The notes below the pieces were generated by a model that saw nothing but the letters and a program-made list of their open reading frames with translations, ran no database searches and was not told the DNA's origin. Below are positions 60,387 to 64,000 of a stretch of 64,000 nucleotides of DNA, piece by piece (position 1 is the first letter of the stretch; every line of letters starts with the position of its first letter). The DNA comes from Nitrospirota bacterium. GTDB taxonomy: Bacteria; Nitrospirota; UBA9217. The translations under genes were made by a program, and so were the position numbers. Where the stretch lies: NCBI GenBank assembly GCA_035623825.1, contig DASPSR010000007.1:64001-128000 (forward strand), given 5' to 3'.

Positions 60387-61577
60387 TTACCTTCTCTCCC
60401 TCCAGGTGGGAATGGGGTAAATGTAATGAGCGCTGGCATGTTGTTTCGGCCAGATCGTCTCGAACTTGCCGTGAATGACTTGGATAGCGAGGGTATCCAT
60501 GAAGTTCTGGTTCTGATAGCCGTCCTTGTTCTGAAACTTGATGGGACCGAAAGCAGTCATGAGGTTTGCAGCCTTCAGTGAGTCGCGAATGCCATCCTGG
60601 GTCCAATTCTTCGCCCTCTCGAGAGCGTTCTGCACGACGAACAGAGCGGCATAGGCTGACGCACCATGATAGGAAGGATAGTCGCCATATTTTGCCTTGT
60701 ATTTTTCAGCGAATTCCTTCGCGCCGGGATACTTGAGCTGCGGCGTCCAGAGAGTCGCGCTGACCACGTACTCGGCGGCATCCTTGGCGCCATCGATGAA
60801 TTCCGGTATCGCAAAACCTGCTGCACCGCCGGCGTAAAGCTTAGCATCGACCCGCAGTTCTTTAACCTGCTTCATCAAGAGCTGAGCCTCGTTTGCATAT
60901 GATACAGTGTAGATGACGTCTGGCTGTGCTGCCCTTACCTTGCCGAGGATTGGTCTGAAGTCGATAGCGCCGGTCTCGAATTTTTCCTTCAGCACAACCT
61001 GGATGCCCAGCTTTTGAGCATCCTGCTCCATGGCGTTTGCACCTGATGTGCCGAACGCCGAACTCTCGTAGAGGATCGCCATCGTCTTGGGTTTGATGAC
61101 CTCTTTCAAGAAGGAGACAAGAGCGTCGGCATAGTGCTCATTAACCTCGTTCTGGCGGAATACATACGTGTAATTCTGCCTCGTGATATCGTCATCGGCG
61201 CTAGCCACGATCAGATAGGGGGTTTTACGCTCCTCCGCGACAGCCGCGACTGCCTTCGCGCAGGAGGATGTATATTCTCCCACTATGATAGGCTGTTTCT
61301 TCACATCTATCAGCTTCTCCACGATGGCGCGGGCGGTCTCGGGTTTACCGCTCGAATCCTCGAAGGAAAGAGCCAGCATCTTACCTTTGATGCCACCCTT
61401 GGCATTGATTTCCTCGGCAGCCATTTCATAGGACCTTTTCATGATTTCTCCGAACTTTGCCTGCTTGCCAGTAAGTGGCAGGGGGATTGTAAGATCGAAG
61501 TTCTCCGCTGCGTACAAAGGCGCTGCGAAGAGAATCACGGCCAATGTAAAAGTCATTGCGAGTGTCAAACGTTTCAT
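60387..61577 (-). CDS. ABC transporter substrate-binding protein (LivK-type)
   Basis: GGAGG SD, signal peptide, PLTG..A..G, INA.GG..G, G.Y.S, G.IKF. Confidence 0.9.
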   Translation of the reverse strand: MKRLTLAMTFTLAVILFAAPLYAAENFDLTIPLPLTGKQAKFGEIMKRSYEMAAEEINAKGGIKGKMLALSFEDSSGKPETARAIVEKLIDVKKQPIIVGEYTSSCAKAVAAVAEERKTPYLIVASADDDITRQNYTYVFRQNEVNEHYADALVSFLKEVIKPKTMAILYESSAFGTSGANAMEQDAQKLGIQVVLKEKFETGAIDFRPILGKVRAAQPDVIYTVSYANEAQLLMKQVKELRVDAKLYAGGAAGFAIPEFIDGAKDAAEYVVSATLWTPQLKYPGAKEFAEKYKAKYGDYPSYHGASAYAALFVVQNALERAKNWTQDGIRDSLKAANLMTAFGPIKFQNKDGYQNQNFMDTLAIQVIHGKFETIWPKQHASAHYIYPIPTWRERR

Positions 61578-61660
61578 GGAAACCTCCTTGTACGGGCAGA
61601 ATATCTTTTTTTGGATACGAAAGGTGTTCGCCATGGTGATATTTGCCCTGCTTTTTATGT

Positions 61661-62428
61661 TTAGTGGCTCCCGCTCGTTCGATCCCTCCCCATGATCAGG
61701 GCCTTGATGAACTCCCGGTTCAGTTTTGCGATGAACTTCACCTTGATCCCTTTGGGACACACGGACTCGCATTCATAATGATTACTGCAGCTTCCGAAGC
61801 CCTGCCCGAGCATCTCATCGGTCATGACGCAGACGCGCCGCGCCGCCTCGACCTGGCCCTGAGGCAGCGATGCAAGGTGCGATATTTTAGCCGCGGTAAA
61901 GAGCATGGCCGAGCCATTCGGGCAAGCGGCCACGCAGGCGCCGCAGCCGATGCACTCTGCAGCGTCCATGGCGGTATCTGCGTCGGTTTTCGGAATGAGG
62001 ATCGTGTTGGCGTCCGGGACGCCGCCGGTGTGGACGGAGATGTATCCCCCTGCTTGGATCACGCGGTCGAAAGCGCCACGGTCCACGACGAGGTCCTTCA
62101 GCACCGGGAACGCCTGGGCCCGGAAGGGTTCGACGTAAATCGTGTCGCCGTCCTTGAAATGTCGCATGTGGAGCTGGCAAACCGTGGTTTTTCTCCGGGG
62201 TCCGTGGGGGATGCCGTTGATGACCTGGCCGCAGGAACCGCAGATCCCCTCGCGGCAGTCGTGGTCGAATGCTATGGGCTCCTGGCCCTTTCTGACTAGG
62301 TCCTCGTTCACCACATCAAGCATCTCGAGAAAGGACATATCGACGGTAATGTCGCGGGCTTCATATTGCTCAAGCCTTCCCCTCTCTGAGGGATCTTTCT
62401 GACGCCAGACATATAAGATCAGGTTCAT
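61661..62428 (-). CDS. sdhB: Succinate dehydrogenase/fumarate reductase Fe-S subunit
   Basis: [27 protein letters not shown]...C..VCPK. Confidence 0.95.
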   Translation of the reverse strand: MNLILYVWRQKDPSERGRLEQYEARDITVDMSFLEMLDVVNEDLVRKGQEPIAFDHDCREGICGSCGQVINGIPHGPRRKTTVCQLHMRHFKDGDTIYVEPFRAQAFPVLKDLVVDRGAFDRVIQAGGYISVHTGGVPDANTILIPKTDADTAMDAAECIGCGACVAACPNGSAMLFTAAKISHLASLPQGQVEAARRVCVMTDEMLGQGFGSCSNHYECESVCPKGIKVKFIAKLNREFIKALIMGRDRTSGSH

Positions 62429-62568
62429 TATCAACCTCTGTGAAAAGTCCAAAATCCCGAAAAACGTCAAGCGCCGGTGTCAAAATTTTTAAGCATACTC
62501 GACACGCCTCGTTGACGTCACAGGTCGTTATTTGGAACGTGTCGCGTGAATTTCCGTTGCTTGCCTCA

Positions 62569-64000
62569 CTACTTGTAGCTTCTCACCGTCAAAGGCGCGT
62601 TCTCGAACACGAGCGGCTCCTTGTGAAGTTCAGGCTCGCGGTCAACTCCCCTGTACTCCCAAGCCGCAACATACGCGAAGTTCTTGTCATCACGCACGGC
62701 CTCGCCATCGGGTGTCTGGTACTCTATCCTGAAATGCGCACCGCAGGATTCGTCCCGGTGAAGAGCGTCTTTGGCCATAAGCTCGGCAAACTCAAGAAAA
62801 TCGGCAACGCGGCCCGCCCTTTCAAGTTCCTGATTCAGTTTCTCTCCGCTGCCGGTCACTTTCACGTTCTCCCAGAACTCTTCACGCAATTCCGGAATCC
62901 GCCTGAGGGCCAACTTCAGCCCCTCTACACTCCGCTCCATGCCCACATTGTCCCACATGAGCCTGCCGAGCTCACGATGAATCTCGGTTGCAGTCTTGTT
63001 GCCGTTTATGGAGAGCAGTCTTTTGGTGAAGGACATGACTTCTTCGCGTGATTTCTTGAATTCTAGGTTATCCGCATTCACGGCGCCCGGATTTATTGAG
63101 GCCAGATAATTTGCGATAGTGTAAGGGATGATGAAGTATCCGTCAGCGAGACCCTGCATGAGTGCGCTCGCACCGAGTCGATTCGCGCCGTGATCAGAGA
63201 AGTTCGCCTCACCGAGGACAAAAAGCCCTCTGATATTGCTTTCGAGATTGTAGTCAACCCAAAGCCCCCCCATGGTGTAGTGGGGCGCGGGGTAGATACG
63301 CATCGGCTGTTTGTATCCATTCTCTGCCGTGATTCGCTCGTACATCTCGAAGATATTGCCATACCGATCGCGGATTGTGTCCTCACCGAGTCGTCTGATG
63401 GCATCGGAAAAATCAAGGAACACGCCCCGTCCACCGGGGCCCACGCCTCTGCCATCATCGCAGACCTCTTTTGCAGCACGAGACGTGATATCGCGAGCCG
63501 CGAGGTTGCCGAAGGCGGGGTATTTACGTTCCAGGTAATAATCTCGCTCTGCTTCCGGAATTTCGTTCGGTACGCGAGTGTCGCCTTTCCTCAGCGGCAC
63601 CCAGATCCTGCCGTCGTTCCGGAGCGACTCGGACATGAGCGTCAGCTTGGCTTGGTGCTCGCCCGTGACGGGGATGCAGGTGGGGTGGATCTGAGTATAG
63701 CACGGGTTTGCGAAGAACGCTCCTTTTTTGTAAGCCCGGTACGTGGCGGTGACGCTGGAGGCGAGAGAGTTTGTCGTCAGGAAATAGATGTTCGAGTATC
63801 CGCCGCTGCAGAGGCATACCGCGTCTGCTGCCATGGACTCCACTTTCCCGGTCACAAGGTCCCGAGCCGTTATGCCTCTCGCATGACCTTCAATGACCAC
63901 GAGGTCGAGCACCTCTGTGCGCGGGTGAAGGATGACCGTGCCGGCCTTCACCTGTCGTGAAAGCGCGCCGTAGGCGCCGAGCAAGAGTTGCTGGCCTGTC
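62569..64000 (-). CDS. sdhA: Succinate dehydrogenase/fumarate reductase flavoprotein subunit (5'-truncated by window edge)
   Basis: [35 protein letters not shown]. Confidence 0.95.
   Translation of the reverse strand, partial: TGQQLLLGAYGALSRQVKAGTVILHPRTEVLDLVVIEGHARGITARDLVTGKVESMAADAVCLCSGGYSNIYFLTTNSLASSVTATYRAYKKGAFFANPCYTQIHPTCIPVTGEHQAKLTLMSESLRNDGRIWVPLRKGDTRVPNEIPEAERDYYLERKYPAFGNLAARDITSRAAKEVCDDGRGVGPGGRGVFLDFSDAIRRLGEDTIRDRYGNIFEMYERITAENGYKQPMRIYPAPHYTMGGLWVDYNLESNIRGLFVLGEANFSDHGANRLGASALMQGLADGYFIIPYTIANYLASINPGAVNADNLEFKKSREEVMSFTKRLLSINGNKTATEIHRELGRLMWDNVGMERSVEGLKLALRRIPELREEFWENVKVTGSGEKLNQELERAGRVADFLEFAELMAKDALHRDESCGAHFRIEYQTPDGEAVRDDKNFAYVAAWEYRGVDREPELHKEPLVFENAPLTVRSYK

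Noticed and set aside
1-64000. CRISPR arrays, IS elements, integrases, prophage, Sec/Pyl read-through
   Set aside because: No regularly spaced repeats, transposase or phage motifs, or interrupted conserved domains needing recoding were seen; no att-like duplication of the tRNA-Gln 3' end was noticed.

Overview
Ordinary chromosomal segment (roughly mid-50s % GC by eye) of an anaerobic Gram-negative bacterium. The gene set (ahbD, spoVG in the ispE-tRNA-Gln-prs block, GTP-type PEPCK, PolX, second short S1) suggests Nitrospirota or Desulfobacterota; this is inference. It holds about 60 CDS: the ffh-rpsP-rimM-trmD-rplS-rnhB and TPR-ispE-spoVG-tRNA-Gln-prs-rplY-pth-ychF clusters, mlaEFD, a liv-type ABC system, sdhAB/frdAB, rimO, dusB, rsmE, arfB and nagA. 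Genes at both window ends are truncated. I see no transposase, prophage or CRISPR array. The most interesting items: (1) a GlrK/QseG/GlrR-like system followed by a complete sigma54 promoter architecture (UAS palindrome, IHF site, -24/-12) ahead of three uncharacterised genes; (2) a full-length duplicated kinase/pseudokinase-like protein behind pckG; (3) an ArsB/NhaD permease-DUF192 fusion; (4) small zinc-finger ORFs below the ORF-track cutoff; (5) an AEC transporter that appears to start at ATC; (6) several apparently leaderless genes. All calls come from motif recognition by eye; no searches were run.
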